64,000 bases of DNA from Acidobacteriota bacterium (GCA_037447115.1 JBBIHH010000013.1:18772-82771), one strand, 5' to 3'; numbered from the stretch's first letter, positions 1 through 10,950 are shown. The notes: generated by a model from the sequence alone, not told the origin. Numbers and translations are program-made.

Positions 1-1173
1 GCCGCGGGGCCGGAAGTCCTGATCGTGGACGACGATCCCCGCAACGTCAAGCTTCTCGAGAGCTACTTGACGGGCGAGGGCTACCGCGTGCGCTGCGCCT
101 CCAACGGACCCGAAGCGGTCGAGCTCGCGCGCGCATCCGTGCCCGACGTGGTGCTGCTCGATGTGATGATGCCGGGCATGTCGGGTCACGACGTGTGCCG
201 GGAACTGCGGCAGGACCCGCGGACACGGGCGACACCGATCGTGCTCGTGACCGCCCTCGACAGCACGGCGCACCGCGTGGAAGGGCTCGACGTGGGAGCG
301 GACGACTACGTGACCAAACCCGTCCGCCGCGAAGAATTCCTGGCCAAACTCCGCTCGCTCCTGCGCGTGCGCCGCCTGCTCCTGGAGCTGCAACGCGCGC
401 GCGACATCCTGGCCCAGCGCAATGCCCAACTCGAAGAGCTGGAGAGCCTCAGGCAAACCCTGGCCCAGACCCTGGTGCACGATCTCAAGAACCCCCTGGC
501 GGCGCTGATGGGCAACCTCGATCTGATGGCCCGGCAGGCGGACGCCACGCTCGAGCCGCTCATCGAGCGGTGCCGGGTGACCGCGAACCGGATGCATCGC
601 ATGATCCTCGATTTGCTGGACGTGGCAGGTCTCGAGGAGGGGCGGTTGCAGCTGCACACGGCTCCGGTGTCCCTGGCGGAGCTCGCGCGGGCCGCCGCGG
701 ACGAGATGGGCGCCGCCGCCGCGGCGAGGCGCGTGCGCGTGGCCTTCGAGGCGGCCGGAAGCGGGCTGCTCGTGCAGGGCGATGCCTCGGTGCTGCGCCG
801 CGTCGTGGACAACCTCCTGGCCAACGCCATCGAGCACTCCCCCCCCGAGCGCGAGGTGCGGGTGCGCGTCGCGGACCGCGAGGAGGGCGTAGAGCTCGCG
901 GTGGCGGATCAGGGGCCGGGCATCCCGCCCGAGCACCGCGAGCGGGTGTTCGAGAAATACGCCCGGCTCGCGCTGCGCCATTCGGGTGTCTGCGCCAATC
1001 GCGGCCTGGGGCTGACGTTTTGCCGTCTGGCCGTGGAGGCTCACGGGGGGACGGTGTGGGTCGAGGACGCCCCGGGCGGGGGCGCCCTCTTTCGGGTCGT
1101 GCTGCCAGCGCTCGAACCGCTCGACCCCCCCGGATCCGCCGCAGCAGAGGAGGGCGGGGAGAGCCCGGGCTAG
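1..1173 (+). CDS. Hybrid response regulator/sensor histidine kinase (REC-HisKA-HATPase); start probably upstream of the window
   Basis: Frame is open from base 1 (AAGPEVLIVDDD). Receiver motif LLDVMMP, H-box VHDLKNP, N-box NLLANA, G-boxes DQGPGI and GLGL. Confidence 0.9.
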   Translation, partial: AAGPEVLIVDDDPRNVKLLESYLTGEGYRVRCASNGPEAVELARASVPDVVLLDVMMPGMSGHDVCRELRQDPRTRATPIVLVTALDSTAHRVEGLDVGADDYVTKPVRREEFLAKLRSLLRVRRLLLELQRARDILAQRNAQLEELESLRQTLAQTLVHDLKNPLAALMGNLDLMARQADATLEPLIERCRVTANRMHRMILDLLDVAGLEEGRLQLHTAPVSLAELARAAADEMGAAAAARRVRVAFEAAGSGLLVQGDASVLRRVVDNLLANAIEHSPPEREVRVRVADREEGVELAVADQGPGIPPEHRERVFEKYARLALRHSGVCANRGLGLTFCRLAVEAHGGTVWVEDAPGGGALFRVVLPALEPLDPPGSAAAEEGGESPG

Positions 1174-1175
1174 CC

Positions 1176-2624
1176 CTAGTCTCGGGCCGCCGCTCGGGGC
1201 TCGGGCATCCGAAGGCCGGCGAGCGCCAGGAAGCGCGCGAAACGCTCCCGCGAGTCGCTCGGGTCGGGGAGGGCGTCGCGCAGCGCCACGAGATCCCGCA
1301 GGATCTCGGCGAGGTCCTGCCGGTTCGCGCGCGCCCGCGCCCGGTACTCCTGCAGCAGCGGCAGGGCGCGCGCCACCGCCAGGCGCAGGCGCATCCGCTC
1401 GAGGAGTTCGTCGCGGAAGGCCTCGTCGGCCAGACCCTCCAGGGCGCGCATCCGTGACGGGTAGCGGCGAACGACCCAGCTCCACTGGGCGAGGCGGCCC
1501 GGGTCGTCCAAGGCCGCGAGAGCCTGGGCGAGATTGTCTCGCGGCGCACCGCGGTAGTTGCGCGTGCCGACCCATCCGCCCCATTCGAGCGCCTGCGTGC
1601 GCAGGGCCTCGCGTGCGGCTCCGTCGCTTCCGGCGAGGCGCGCGATGGCCCGCTCCCAGCTTTGGTCGGCGTCGTAGCTCCACGGCTCGCTGAGGAAATC
1701 GGCCACCGTCAAGAGAGCCAGCCGCGACGCGCCGAGCTCGCGCATCGGGCAGGCGAGATAGGCCGCGACGGCTCCGGCGAGGCGCGGGTCCCGCTCGCGC
1801 AGCGGGGCGAGGACGAGCGCCAGCGCGTCGCGCTCCACGTCCTCGTTCACGGGGAAGTTGTCGTAGAGCAGGATCGGCCGTTGGCCGAACCAGCTCCACA
1901 CTCGCTGCACGTCCTCCAACCGGATCGCCGGCGAGATCACCTCGGGACCCGTCCACACCAGCCCCACGCGGCGCGACACTCGCGGCAGCTCCCGGAGCAG
2001 GACCCGGCTGTAGGGCCCGTGGCCGTCGCCGATGTGCCGGTCGCAATAGGCGCTCGGGCAGAACCACAGGCGACCCCGGCCTCGCAGCTCCCGCCTCACG
2101 CGCCGCAGCAAGTCCACGTGCGCCGCCGCCGCGCTGCGGCCGAAGGCCAGCACGTCCCGCAGCTCCTCGAGGATGGTCGGCTGGTCGTCGAAGGAGAGCA
2201 CAAAATCCTCGACCCCCGCTTCCCGGTGCAACAGCCGTAAAAAGAGCACGATGCGATGCGCGAGCCGCGCCTCGGTGAACACGAACCGACCGCGGCTGTC
2301 CGCCACCGGATTCACGGAGACGAAAAGGCGCATGCCGTGAGCGCGGCACCAGCGCGCAAGCTCCAGGAATGCCGGGTCCAGGTAGGGACCGTCGGCGGCG
2401 CCCTGGGGGGTCCAGCGGCCGGCGTCGTGACTGTAGACCCACACCGCATTGAATCCAGCGCGGCGGCAGAACTCCACGTGAGCCCGCGTGCGCGGGTCGC
2501 CGGGGGGACCGCCGAGCTTGACCATGCGCACCTCGAAGCGGGCCGGTTCCGCCGCCGCAGGGGCACCTACGGCCGCTGCCGCCGCGACGAGCGCCAGGGC
2601 TGCCAGCGGCCCGCCCGCCCTCAA
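1176..2624 (-). CDS. Secreted beta-N-acetylglucosaminidase (GH84/O-GlcNAcase-like)
   Basis: TTG start overlaps the transporter TGA; Ala-rich signal peptide; FVLSFDDQ catalytic DD pair, FCPSAY, WTGPEV and YDNFPVN match GH84 motifs. Confidence 0.75.
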   Translation of the reverse strand: MRAGGPLAALALVAAAAAVGAPAAAEPARFEVRMVKLGGPPGDPRTRAHVEFCRRAGFNAVWVYSHDAGRWTPQGAADGPYLDPAFLELARWCRAHGMRLFVSVNPVADSRGRFVFTEARLAHRIVLFLRLLHREAGVEDFVLSFDDQPTILEELRDVLAFGRSAAAAHVDLLRRVRRELRGRGRLWFCPSAYCDRHIGDGHGPYSRVLLRELPRVSRRVGLVWTGPEVISPAIRLEDVQRVWSWFGQRPILLYDNFPVNEDVERDALALVLAPLRERDPRLAGAVAAYLACPMRELGASRLALLTVADFLSEPWSYDADQSWERAIARLAGSDGAAREALRTQALEWGGWVGTRNYRGAPRDNLAQALAALDDPGRLAQWSWVVRRYPSRMRALEGLADEAFRDELLERMRLRLAVARALPLLQEYRARARANRQDLAEILRDLVALRDALPDPSDSRERFARFLALAGLRMPEPRAAARD

Positions 2625-4003
2625 CTGAAGTCTTTCCCCCGCACCACAGCGGCGAGGATGGCGGCCACCGCCAGGGGCGCGACGTAGCGAATGAAAAAGC
2701 GCCACAACCCGTAGGAAAACCAGCGCGGGGTCGCCTCGTCCAAGAGCTCCGAGGCGGTGGCCTCGCGCGTCATGAACCAGCCCGCGCCGAGCGTGATCGC
2801 CAGGCCGCCGCACGGCAGCAGCCAATTGGCCGCGAGGTGATCGAGGTGCGCGAACAGGCCACGCTTGCCCGCGAAGAGCTGCAAGTCCGCCAGCGCCGGC
2901 CAGGCCCCGAAGGACAGCGCGCAGAGGACGGACAGGCCGAAGGTCGCCGCCGAGCAGCCGACCACGGCCGCCGGGCGGGAGACCCCGCGCTCGTCGATGA
3001 CGCAGCTCACGACGACCTCGAGCAGCGAGATCGTGGAGGTCAGGGCCGCGAAGGCCACGAGCACGTAGAACAGCGGCCCGAGGAACTGGCCGAAGGGCAG
3101 GCGCGTGTAGAACAGCTCCGGCAACGTCATGAACAGCATGCCCACCGTGGAGCCGGTGATCCGGTCCGCGAGCTCGAAGGTGAAGATGACGGAGAACATG
3201 ATGACCGCGGCCGCGAGCGCGATCAGGGTATCGAGGACCACCACCATCGCCGCGGAGCGCACGATGGATTCCCGGCGGCCGAGGTAGGAGCCGTAGGTGA
3301 TCATCGCGCCCATGCCGAGCGAGAGGCTGAAGAACGCCTGCCCCAGGGCCTCGAGGGCCCCCAGGGGCCGGAACGACTCGGGGCGCGGGACGAAGGTGAA
3401 TGCCAGGGCCTGTCCCGCGCCGGGAAGGGTGAGGGCGCGAAGGAGCAGCAGCACCAGGATGCCGAACAGCGCGGGCATGAGTATCCGCGAGGCCCGCTCG
3501 ATGCCGCCTCCGATACCCCCATAGACGATCCAGGCCGTCAGCGCCAAAAACGCGGCCGCGAGGGTCACCTGGAGCGGGCCGTTGCCGAGGAACGCCTCGA
3601 AGCTTTCCCCGCTCGCCGTGCCCGGAACGAAGCCGCCGAACGTCCAGCGCAGGCACTTCCAGAAGTACTGCAGCGACCAGCCCGCGACGACGGTGTAGTA
3701 ACCGAGGATCACGAATCCCGTGAAGACGCCCAGCCCGCCGACCCAGCCCCACCCAGGGCCCACCGCCTCGCGCAGCGCACCCACGGGATTGCGCTGCGTC
3801 TTGCGCCCGATGAGCATCTCGGCCACCATGATCGGCAGCCCCACGCAGGCGACGCAGATCAGGTAGACGAGGACGAACAGTCCCCCGCCGTTCTCCCAAC
3901 TGAGATACGGAAACTTCCACAGGTTGCCGAGCCCGATCGCGCTGCCCGCGGCGGCGAGGACGAAGCCAGCCCTCGACGTCCAGTGACCGCGATCGTTCGC
4001 CAT
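2621..4003 (-). CDS. Sodium-dependent transporter, NSS/SNF family
   Basis: GSAIGLGNLWKFPY, GQAFFSLSLGMG and AALTSTISLLE motifs; many TM segments. Confidence 0.95.
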   Translation of the reverse strand: MANDRGHWTSRAGFVLAAAGSAIGLGNLWKFPYLSWENGGGLFVLVYLICVACVGLPIMVAEMLIGRKTQRNPVGALREAVGPGWGWVGGLGVFTGFVILGYYTVVAGWSLQYFWKCLRWTFGGFVPGTASGESFEAFLGNGPLQVTLAAAFLALTAWIVYGGIGGGIERASRILMPALFGILVLLLLRALTLPGAGQALAFTFVPRPESFRPLGALEALGQAFFSLSLGMGAMITYGSYLGRRESIVRSAAMVVVLDTLIALAAAVIMFSVIFTFELADRITGSTVGMLFMTLPELFYTRLPFGQFLGPLFYVLVAFAALTSTISLLEVVVSCVIDERGVSRPAAVVGCSAATFGLSVLCALSFGAWPALADLQLFAGKRGLFAHLDHLAANWLLPCGGLAITLGAGWFMTREATASELLDEATPRWFSYGLWRFFIRYVAPLAVAAILAAVVRGKDFS

Positions 4004-4043
4004 GCCGCGCACCTCGATCCGGGCCCGACGGCGCAGGCGCGGG

Positions 4044-4073
4044 AGTATAGGGAGGCGGGGCGGCGGGCGTCAA
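4044..4073 (-). promoter_or_regulatory. Sigma70-type promoter for the transporter/GH84 operon
   Basis: TTGACG-18 nt-TATACT on the minus strand. Confidence 0.65.
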
Positions 4074-4122
4074 CCGTGCGGGGGGCGCGCGCGGTCCCCG
4101 GTCGTCGAGCCGGCGCCCGCGT

Positions 4123-4710
4123 TCAGCCCGGGAGTTCGTCCCACAGCACGAGACGCTTGGAAAGCTTGCGGAAGACGATCACGTGCTCGCCTTCGAAACC
4201 GCCTTCCCGCTCGCCCCTCCGGATCTTCTTCTCGTAGTGGCTGAAGTGGACGACGAGTGTCCGCCCGTCGTCGGCGCGGTAGAGGGTGAAACGGCCGCGC
4301 TCGAAGCGGGTGGCTCCGGGCAGCTTGAGCTCCCACAGCCACGTGCCCCGTGCGGTGTCGGCATCGGCCTCCTCGATCGTCACGGCGAAGGTCCCGGGAT
4401 GGTTCTGCGCTTCGTAGTCCGCCCGGCCATCCCATGCCGTCTCGAAGGTTTCCGCGGCGCGGTAGCTCTCGTAACGGAACTTCGCTTCCAGTTTGCCCTC
4501 GCTGGTGCGCATCCACAGGGCGAGCCGTCCGTCGCGGCTCACGTAGAGCCAGGTACCGTCCCAGTTTCCACGGTCGGTGCGCTCCGGAATGCCGACGAGG
4601 ACACGCTCGCGCGGCACGGGCAGCGGAGGTGCCGCGGCCGCCGCGGCGCCCAGCAGGCTCCCGGCGAGCGACCAGGCGAGCGCGCGCCGCGCACGAGGGG
4701 ATCGCCTCAC
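4123..4710 (-). CDS. Hypothetical secreted beta-rich protein
   Basis: Signal-peptide-like N-terminus, protein-like composition (GNWDGTWLYV...). GTG lies 7 nt after TATAGT. Confidence 0.7.
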   Translation of the reverse strand: MRRSPRARRALAWSLAGSLLGAAAAAAPPLPVPRERVLVGIPERTDRGNWDGTWLYVSRDGRLALWMRTSEGKLEAKFRYESYRAAETFETAWDGRADYEAQNHPGTFAVTIEEADADTARGTWLWELKLPGATRFERGRFTLYRADDGRTLVVHFSHYEKKIRRGEREGGFEGEHVIVFRKLSKRLVLWDELPG

Positions 4711-4761
4711 GCGCCGCACTATATACCGCGGTCCGAGCCGGCGGCCAGTGAAGCCGCCAAC

Positions 4762-5628
4762 TCAACCGCCGAGCCGCTTGCGCGCCGCCTCGGCCTGCCG
4801 GCGGCCCATCAACCCCTGACGGCGAGCCAGGGCCAGCAGCGCCCGCGAGAGGGTCCGGTGGACGGCGGAGGCGACGCGGTCGCTTCGCGCAAGGGCGGCT
4901 CGTTGCGCAGCGACCGTGGCGCTGTCGCCTCGCGCGAGGGGGCCCGTGAACGCGCCGGGCAGGCCGTAGCGCGCCCACTGGGCGAGGCTTCCCTGGGCGA
5001 GGGAGGCGATGGCGCGGTGGGCCGCCGCCGCGGTGAGACCGGCGCGCGTCAGCGCCGCTTCGGCGAGGGTCAGCAGGGCGACGAGATCGTTCGACGCCAG
5101 CGAGGCTGCGGCATGGTAAAGGCCGCGCCGGGCGGGCGGGGGCAGGAGGAAGGGCCGGAGCCCGAGTTGGCGTGCGATCTGCCGCGCCACGCGCACCGCG
5201 CGGGCGTCGCCCTCGACGCGTGCCCACGATCCTCGCAACGGTGCATCGCGCACGCCGAGCGTCTGCAAGGGGTGCAGCACCCCCACCGCCGCGCCCGCCC
5301 GCCGCAGCGGGCGCAGGGGCGCGCACCCGAGGGCTCCCGCGTGGTGCAGCACGACGCGCCCGCCCCACGATACTCCGGCTGCGGCGAGCTCGCGCGCGAG
5401 GGGCAAAAGCGCCCGGTCCGGCACGGCGAGCAGGAGGATGTCGCTGCGGCGCGCGAGTTCCGCCGCGGAGCCGAAGCATGGCACCTGCAGGCGCCGCGCG
5501 AGGCGGCGGCCCCGCGCGGCACCCCGCGCGCTGATCCCTGCGACGGCATAGCCTGCCTCCACCAGCGCAGGAAGCAGGGCGCGCGCCAGTCGCCCGGCGC
5601 CGATGCAGCCCAGTGCGGGACGCCTCAC
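4762..5628 (-). CDS. Rossmann-like/DUF2520 oxidoreductase (PanG-like)
   Basis: IGAGRLA, LLAVPD, HPLQT, YHAAASLASN, TGPLARGD; GTG overlaps the upstream TGA. Confidence 0.85.
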   Translation of the reverse strand: MRRPALGCIGAGRLARALLPALVEAGYAVAGISARGAARGRRLARRLQVPCFGSAAELARRSDILLLAVPDRALLPLARELAAAGVSWGGRVVLHHAGALGCAPLRPLRRAGAAVGVLHPLQTLGVRDAPLRGSWARVEGDARAVRVARQIARQLGLRPFLLPPPARRGLYHAAASLASNDLVALLTLAEAALTRAGLTAAAAHRAIASLAQGSLAQWARYGLPGAFTGPLARGDSATVAAQRAALARSDRVASAVHRTLSRALLALARRQGLMGRRQAEAARKRLGG

Positions 5629-6584
5629 GACATCTCCCGCAGCGCCCGCAGGAGACGATCGAAAGTCTCGGGTCGCTCGGCCTCGACGTGCAGGGGGCGG
5701 CCCGTGACGGGATGCGCAAAAGCAAGCTCGCGGGCATGGAGGGCGAGGTGGGGAAAGTCCCGCAGCAGCGCCCGCCGGCCCCCATCGGCGACCTCGCGCC
5801 AGGGGCGGCCGCCGTAGCGCCTGTCTCCGACGACGGGGTGGCCCAGCGCATGGAGGTGCACGCGGATCTGATGCGTGCGCCCCGTTTCGATCTCCACCTC
5901 CAGGAAAGCCAGCCCGTGCAGGCGCTCCACGGTCGTGTAGCGCGTGCGTGCGGGCCGGCCCCGCGGCGATCGGACCGACATGCGCGTCCGGTCGCGCGCA
6001 CTGCGCCCGATGGGATGCTCGACGATCCCCGCGGGCGGGTCGGGCTGTCCCCAGACCAGGGCGTCGTAGCGTTTGAGCACGCGCCGCTCTCGAAACGCCC
6101 GCACGAGCCCCTGATACGCCGCCTCGGTCTTGGCGACGACGAGCAGCCCCGAGGTCTCCCGGTCCAGCCGGTGCACGATCCCGGGCCGCTCGGGGGCGCC
6201 GGTGCGCGCGAGGGGCGTCCCCCGACCGAGCAGCGCGTGCACGAGCGTGCCCGAGCGCACCCCCGGCGCGGGGTGCACGACCATACCGGGGGGTTTCGAG
6301 ACCACCAGGAGGTGCGCGTCCTCGTAAACGATATCGATCGGGATCGGCTCCCCCTGGAGCGTGGCCGGGGGGGGCGGGGGAATCTCCACGGCGAGCTCGT
6401 CCCCGGCGCGCAGGGAGGTGGCCGCTTTGGCCACCGACCGACCCGCGAGCCGCACCTTCCCCGCCCGGATCAGCCGCTGGAAGAACGCGCGGCTGTGTTC
6501 GGGCCAGCGCTCGTGGAGAAAACGGTCGAGCCGGGCCCCCTCCGCCTCGGGGGGCACGCGAATCCGATGCGTCCGCGCGCTCAT
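5625..6584 (-). CDS. RluA-family (RluD-like) pseudouridine synthase
   Basis: S4 domain RLDRFL, KPPGMVVHP, HRLDRETSG, TGRTHQIRVH. Confidence 0.95.
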   Translation of the reverse strand: MSARTHRIRVPPEAEGARLDRFLHERWPEHSRAFFQRLIRAGKVRLAGRSVAKAATSLRAGDELAVEIPPPPPATLQGEPIPIDIVYEDAHLLVVSKPPGMVVHPAPGVRSGTLVHALLGRGTPLARTGAPERPGIVHRLDRETSGLLVVAKTEAAYQGLVRAFRERRVLKRYDALVWGQPDPPAGIVEHPIGRSARDRTRMSVRSPRGRPARTRYTTVERLHGLAFLEVEIETGRTHQIRVHLHALGHPVVGDRRYGGRPWREVADGGRRALLRDFPHLALHARELAFAHPVTGRPLHVEAERPETFDRLLRALREMS

Positions 6585-7399
6585 GGCGTCGCGTGCAGGC
6601 TCCGCCGCGCTCGCAGGAGCATCCCGCTCGCCAGCAGGACGCCCGCGAGGGCGAACAGTTGCGAGGTGGACACACGCCCTCCGAAGTAGAGCCCCCGCTG
6701 CGCATCGCCACGCCAGAACTCGAGCAGGGCCCGCATCGTGCTGTACAGCAGCAGGTAGATCCAGAAGACCGTCCCCTCCGGCCGCAGCCGCCGGTGCCAG
6801 AGCCAGGCGAGCAAGCCCGCGAGGAGCAGGTCGCCCGCCATCTCGTAGAGCTGCACGGGCACGAGGGGCACGTGCAGCGGGATGCCCGTCTGCGCGGCTG
6901 CGCGGGGATCGCTGAAGATCACGGCGAGGCGCCCGTGCGAGCGTACCCCGTAACAACATCCGGCGAAAAAACAACCCAGGCGTCCCACCGCCTGGCCCAG
7001 GGTGAGCGGTGCCGCCACGGCGTCCGCGAGGGCGAGGGTGGGAAGGCCGTGGCGGCGACAGTAGACGAGAAACGTCAGGGCCCCGGCCACGATGCCGCCC
7101 ATGAGCACCCCGGCCGAGCGCAGCGTGCCGAGAAGCAGCCGCGGGTTCTCCCAGTAGAGCCGCCACTCCACGACGACGAGCATGAGCTTCGCGCCCAGCA
7201 GACCCAGGAGCACCGTGTAGAACGAAAGGTTGAACGCCGCATCGGGGTCCACCCCCAGGCCGCGGGCCCGCCGCTGGAACCAGATCCATCCCCCCAACGC
7301 CGCGGCAGCGAAGAGCACCCCGTAGGTGGGCAGCGCCAGGCTGACCTCGCCCACCCAGGGAAGCCTCGCGCGGCCGAGGTCGATCAGAATCGGATGCAC
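6581..7399 (-). CDS. lgt: Prolipoprotein diacylglyceryl transferase
   Basis: HPILI..YG, GRLGCFFAGCCYG, PVQLYE, EFWRGD. Confidence 0.9.
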   Translation of the reverse strand: MHPILIDLGRARLPWVGEVSLALPTYGVLFAAAALGGWIWFQRRARGLGVDPDAAFNLSFYTVLLGLLGAKLMLVVVEWRLYWENPRLLLGTLRSAGVLMGGIVAGALTFLVYCRRHGLPTLALADAVAAPLTLGQAVGRLGCFFAGCCYGVRSHGRLAVIFSDPRAAAQTGIPLHVPLVPVQLYEMAGDLLLAGLLAWLWHRRLRPEGTVFWIYLLLYSTMRALLEFWRGDAQRGLYFGGRVSTSQLFALAGVLLASGMLLRARRSLHATP

Positions 7400-7408
7400 G
7401 CGTTCAGT

Positions 7409-7975
7409 CTAACCCGAGCCTGCCTCTGCCGCCGGAGGCGTGCGCCGCCGCTCGGGCCGGAAGACATCGAGCAAAAGCAGGCCGGCGCCGACGACGATCG
7501 CCGAGTCCGCCACGTTGAAGGTGGGCCAGTGGGCCGTGCCGAAGTAGCGCAGGCACCCATCGCGCAACGGGGCCCAGGAGACGTAGACGTCCAGAAAATC
7601 CACGACCTCCCCCCGCAGCACCCGGTCGAGCAGGTTGCCCGCGGCCCCCCCCAGGATCAGCCCCAAGCCTAAGAGGGTGGACCGGTCGGGCTCGCCCGTG
7701 CGCGCCAGAAACCAGGCGATGAGCACGACCGCCGCGATCGGAAACAGGGTCAACAGCAGGAAGCGCCACGGATCCTCGAAGTCCGCGAAGAACCCGAAGA
7801 GCCCGCCGCGGTTGCGGGAGTAGCTGAGCTGAAAGCATCCCGGGATCACCACCAGCGGTTCCCGACCGCGCAGCCACCGATCCGCCGCGACCTTGCTCGC
7901 TTGGTCGAGAAGAAAGACCGCCAAGGCCGCGAGAAAGTACGGGGCGCGGCCCGTGCACGCCGGGGCGTGCCTCAC
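7409..7975 (-). CDS. lspA: Signal peptidase II
   Basis: [35 protein letters not shown]. Confidence 0.95.
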   Translation of the reverse strand: MRHAPACTGRAPYFLAALAVFLLDQASKVAADRWLRGREPLVVIPGCFQLSYSRNRGGLFGFFADFEDPWRFLLLTLFPIAAVVLIAWFLARTGEPDRSTLLGLGLILGGAAGNLLDRVLRGEVVDFLDVYVSWAPLRDGCLRYFGTAHWPTFNVADSAIVVGAGLLLLDVFRPERRRTPPAAEAGSG

Positions 7976-10950
7976 GAGGGCTCCTCCGCCAGCATCTCGC
8001 GCACCGCCTCCGCGCAGCGGGCGCAGATCTCGGGAAACGCCGGATCCTGGCCCACGTCCCGCGTGTAGTGCCAGCAGCGGGCGCACTTGCTTCCCGCCGC
8101 GGGCGCCACGGCCACGGCGAACCCCTCCAGTTCGGGGGGGCGGTAGGCCTCGGGTCCCGCGTCGCCGAAGGTCACCGCGCTCGTGAGGAACACGAAGCGC
8201 AACTCCGGCCCGAACGACGCGAGGAAGGCGCGGGTCGCGGGATCCGCTTCGATCGTCAACTGGGCTTCGAGCGACCCGCCGATCCTCCGCGCGGACCGCG
8301 CTTGCTCCAGCGCTTTGGCCACGACCTCGCGCAGGCGCAGCAGGCGCTCCCAGCGGGCGAGGAGATGGGGATCGTCCTCCACCACCCGATCGGGGAAACG
8401 CTCCGCATGGACCGTGGCCTCTCCCCAGGCGGGACGGCCGTGCAACGCCTCGAGCTCCTGCCACACCTCCTCGGCGGTGAAGCACAGCAGGGGGGCCATC
8501 AGGCGGCAGAGATCGGTCGCCAGCCGGTAGAGGACCGTCTGAGCCGAGCGCCGTCGCCGGGAGCGGGCGGGTGCGGTGTACAGCCGATCCTTCAGGACAT
8601 CGAGGTAGAAGGCGGAGAGGCTCACGGCGCAGAACTGGTGGAGCGTGTGGTAGACGACGTGATACGCGTGGCGTTCGTAGGCCTCGAGGATGCGGCGGCG
8701 CGCTCGCTCCAGGCTCTGCAGCGCCCAGCGGTCGATTTCCTCCAGCGCCCCGTAGGGCAGGGCGTCGCGCAAGGGGTCGAAGTCCCACAGGTTTCCCAGG
8801 AGATAGCGGAACGTGTTGCGGATCTTGCGGTAGGCCTCGGCGCTGCGCTCGAGGATCTCCTCGGAGAGCCGCATGTCCTCGAGGAAGTCCACGCCCGAGA
8901 CCCACAGCCGCAGGATGTCCGCGCCGCGCTGTTCCGCGACCTCCATCGGAGAGACCACGTTGCCCAGGGACTTCGACATCTTCCGGCCTTCCGCGTCGAG
9001 CGTGAAACCGTGGGTCACGACCTCGCGGTAGGGTGCGCGCCCCCGGTCGTGCACCGCGACGAGGAGGGAGGAGTGGAACCAGCCGCGGTACTGGTCGTGA
9101 CCCTCAAGGTAGCAGTCCGCCGGCCAGGGGAGCTTCGGATCGCGGCCCAGCACGGCGGCGTGGGAGACGCCGGACTCGAACCACACATCCACGATATGAT
9201 CGTGCGGGCGCAGCGTTTCGCGCCGGCCGCAGCGCGGGCAGCGGACCTCGGGGGGCACGAGCCGCTCGCGCCGCTCCACCTCCGAAGCGTAGGGGCGGAA
9301 GCCGCCGTCGGCGGGCACGCCGAACCAAGCATCGGAGCCTTCTTCGAGGAACAGGCGCGCCAGGTGCTCGAACAGCGCCGCATCCCGCACGAACGCGTCG
9401 GGATGTTCGTCGAAGCAGGACGCGCAAACCACTGCCGGGACGGGGACCCCCCAGGTCCGCTGGCGGGAGATGCACCAATCGGGCCGCGTGGCGACCATCT
9501 GCGCGATGCGCTGCTCCCCGAAGGCTGGGATCCAGCGCGTGGCGCGGATCTGCTCCAGGGCGCGCTGGCGCAGACCGCCGTGGTCGATGGCGATGAACCA
9601 TTGCGGGGTGGAACGGAAGAGCACCGGGTTCTTGCAGCGCCAGCAGTGCGGGTAGCTGTGCGAGTACTCCTCGCGATGGAGCAGCCATCCGCGGCGCGCG
9701 AGGTCCTCCACGATGGCGCGGTTGGCCTCGAGCACGAACTGCCCCCCGAGCCACGCGACACCCACGCGCTCCGGAAGGAACCGGCCGTCGTCGCCCACGG
9801 GGTTGAAGGGCGCGAGACCGTAGCGGCGGCCCACCTCGTAGTCTTCGGCGCCGTGGCCAGGCGCGGTGTGGACGCAACCCGTACCGGCCTCGAGCGTCAC
9901 GTGCTCGCCCAGAACGAGCAACCCCGGCCCCGAGGCCGGGCCCGCGGGCGGGGGATAGGGCCGTTCCACCGCCACGCTTCGGCCGACCCAGTCCGCCCCT
10001 TCGCCCACGAGCTCGGCTCCCTTCCAGCGGGCGACCACTCGCGCGCCCTCCCGCCCGAGCTTGCCGAGCAACGCCGGGAGCAGCCCTTCGGCGACGATCC
10101 AGATCTCCCCGCCGAGCTCGGCGGCGACGTAGGGCAGTTGCGGGTGCAGCGCCACCGCCAGGTTCGCCGGCAGGGTCCACGGTGTCGTGGTCCAGATGAC
10201 GACGTACACCGACTTGCCCGCCACAGCCGGCGCGCGGCTCTCGAGCCCCCGCACGGGGAGCTTGACGTAGATCGAAGGATCGGTGCGCTCCTCGTACTCC
10301 ACCTCCGCTTCGGCGAGCGCCGTGCGGCAGGCGTAGCACCAGTGGACGGGTTTCTCGCCGTGGTAGACAGCTCCGTCGCTGAAGAACCGTCCGAGCTGGC
10401 GGACGATCTCGGCCTCGTAGGTGCGATCCAGAGTACGGTAGATCGCGGTGCGATCCGGCAGGTGCGCCGCTTCCTCCGCGTCGTCGCGCGCCCAGTCCCA
10501 CAGCACGCCCAACCGCCGAAACTCCCGGCGCTGCACGGCGATGTACCTCTCCGCGTAGGCGCGGCAGCGGGCGCGGATCTCGAGGGGCCCGAGCCCCGCC
10601 TTGCGCGGACCGAGCTCGCGATCCACGCGGTGCTCGATGGGCAGCCCGTGGCAATCCCAGCCGGGAACGTAGCGCGCGTCGTTGCCCATCATCGTCCGGG
10701 ACTTGACGACGAAGTCCTTGAGGATCTTGTTCAGCGCCTGGCCGAGGTGGATGTGCGCGTTGGCGTAGGGAGGCCCGTCGTGCAGGACGTAGGGCGGCGC
10801 GTCGCGCCGGGCCTCGCGGATCCGCGCGTAGGCGTTGGTGCGCGTCCACCAGGAGAGGATCTCGGGCTCGCGGCGCGGCAGGTCCGCCTTCATCGGGAAA
10901 CGCGTGCGGGGCAGGTGGACGGTTTTCTTGAGCTCCACGTTCCTCGACAC
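7972..10950 (-). CDS. ileS: Isoleucine--tRNA ligase (type 1)
   Basis: [38 protein letters not shown]-terminal CARCW..CARC zinc finger. Confidence 0.97.
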   Translation of the reverse strand: MSRNVELKKTVHLPRTRFPMKADLPRREPEILSWWTRTNAYARIREARRDAPPYVLHDGPPYANAHIHLGQALNKILKDFVVKSRTMMGNDARYVPGWDCHGLPIEHRVDRELGPRKAGLGPLEIRARCRAYAERYIAVQRREFRRLGVLWDWARDDAEEAAHLPDRTAIYRTLDRTYEAEIVRQLGRFFSDGAVYHGEKPVHWCYACRTALAEAEVEYEERTDPSIYVKLPVRGLESRAPAVAGKSVYVVIWTTTPWTLPANLAVALHPQLPYVAAELGGEIWIVAEGLLPALLGKLGREGARVVARWKGAELVGEGADWVGRSVAVERPYPPPAGPASGPGLLVLGEHVTLEAGTGCVHTAPGHGAEDYEVGRRYGLAPFNPVGDDGRFLPERVGVAWLGGQFVLEANRAIVEDLARRGWLLHREEYSHSYPHCWRCKNPVLFRSTPQWFIAIDHGGLRQRALEQIRATRWIPAFGEQRIAQMVATRPDWCISRQRTWGVPVPAVVCASCFDEHPDAFVRDAALFEHLARLFLEEGSDAWFGVPADGGFRPYASEVERRERLVPPEVRCPRCGRRETLRPHDHIVDVWFESGVSHAAVLGRDPKLPWPADCYLEGHDQYRGWFHSSLLVAVHDRGRAPYREVVTHGFTLDAEGRKMSKSLGNVVSPMEVAEQRGADILRLWVSGVDFLEDMRLSEEILERSAEAYRKIRNTFRYLLGNLWDFDPLRDALPYGALEEIDRWALQSLERARRRILEAYERHAYHVVYHTLHQFCAVSLSAFYLDVLKDRLYTAPARSRRRRSAQTVLYRLATDLCRLMAPLLCFTAEEVWQELEALHGRPAWGEATVHAERFPDRVVEDDPHLLARWERLLRLREVVAKALEQARSARRIGGSLEAQLTIEADPATRAFLASFGPELRFVFLTSAVTFGDAGPEAYRPPELEGFAVAVAPAAGSKCARCWHYTRDVGQDPAFPEICARCAEAVREMLAEEPS

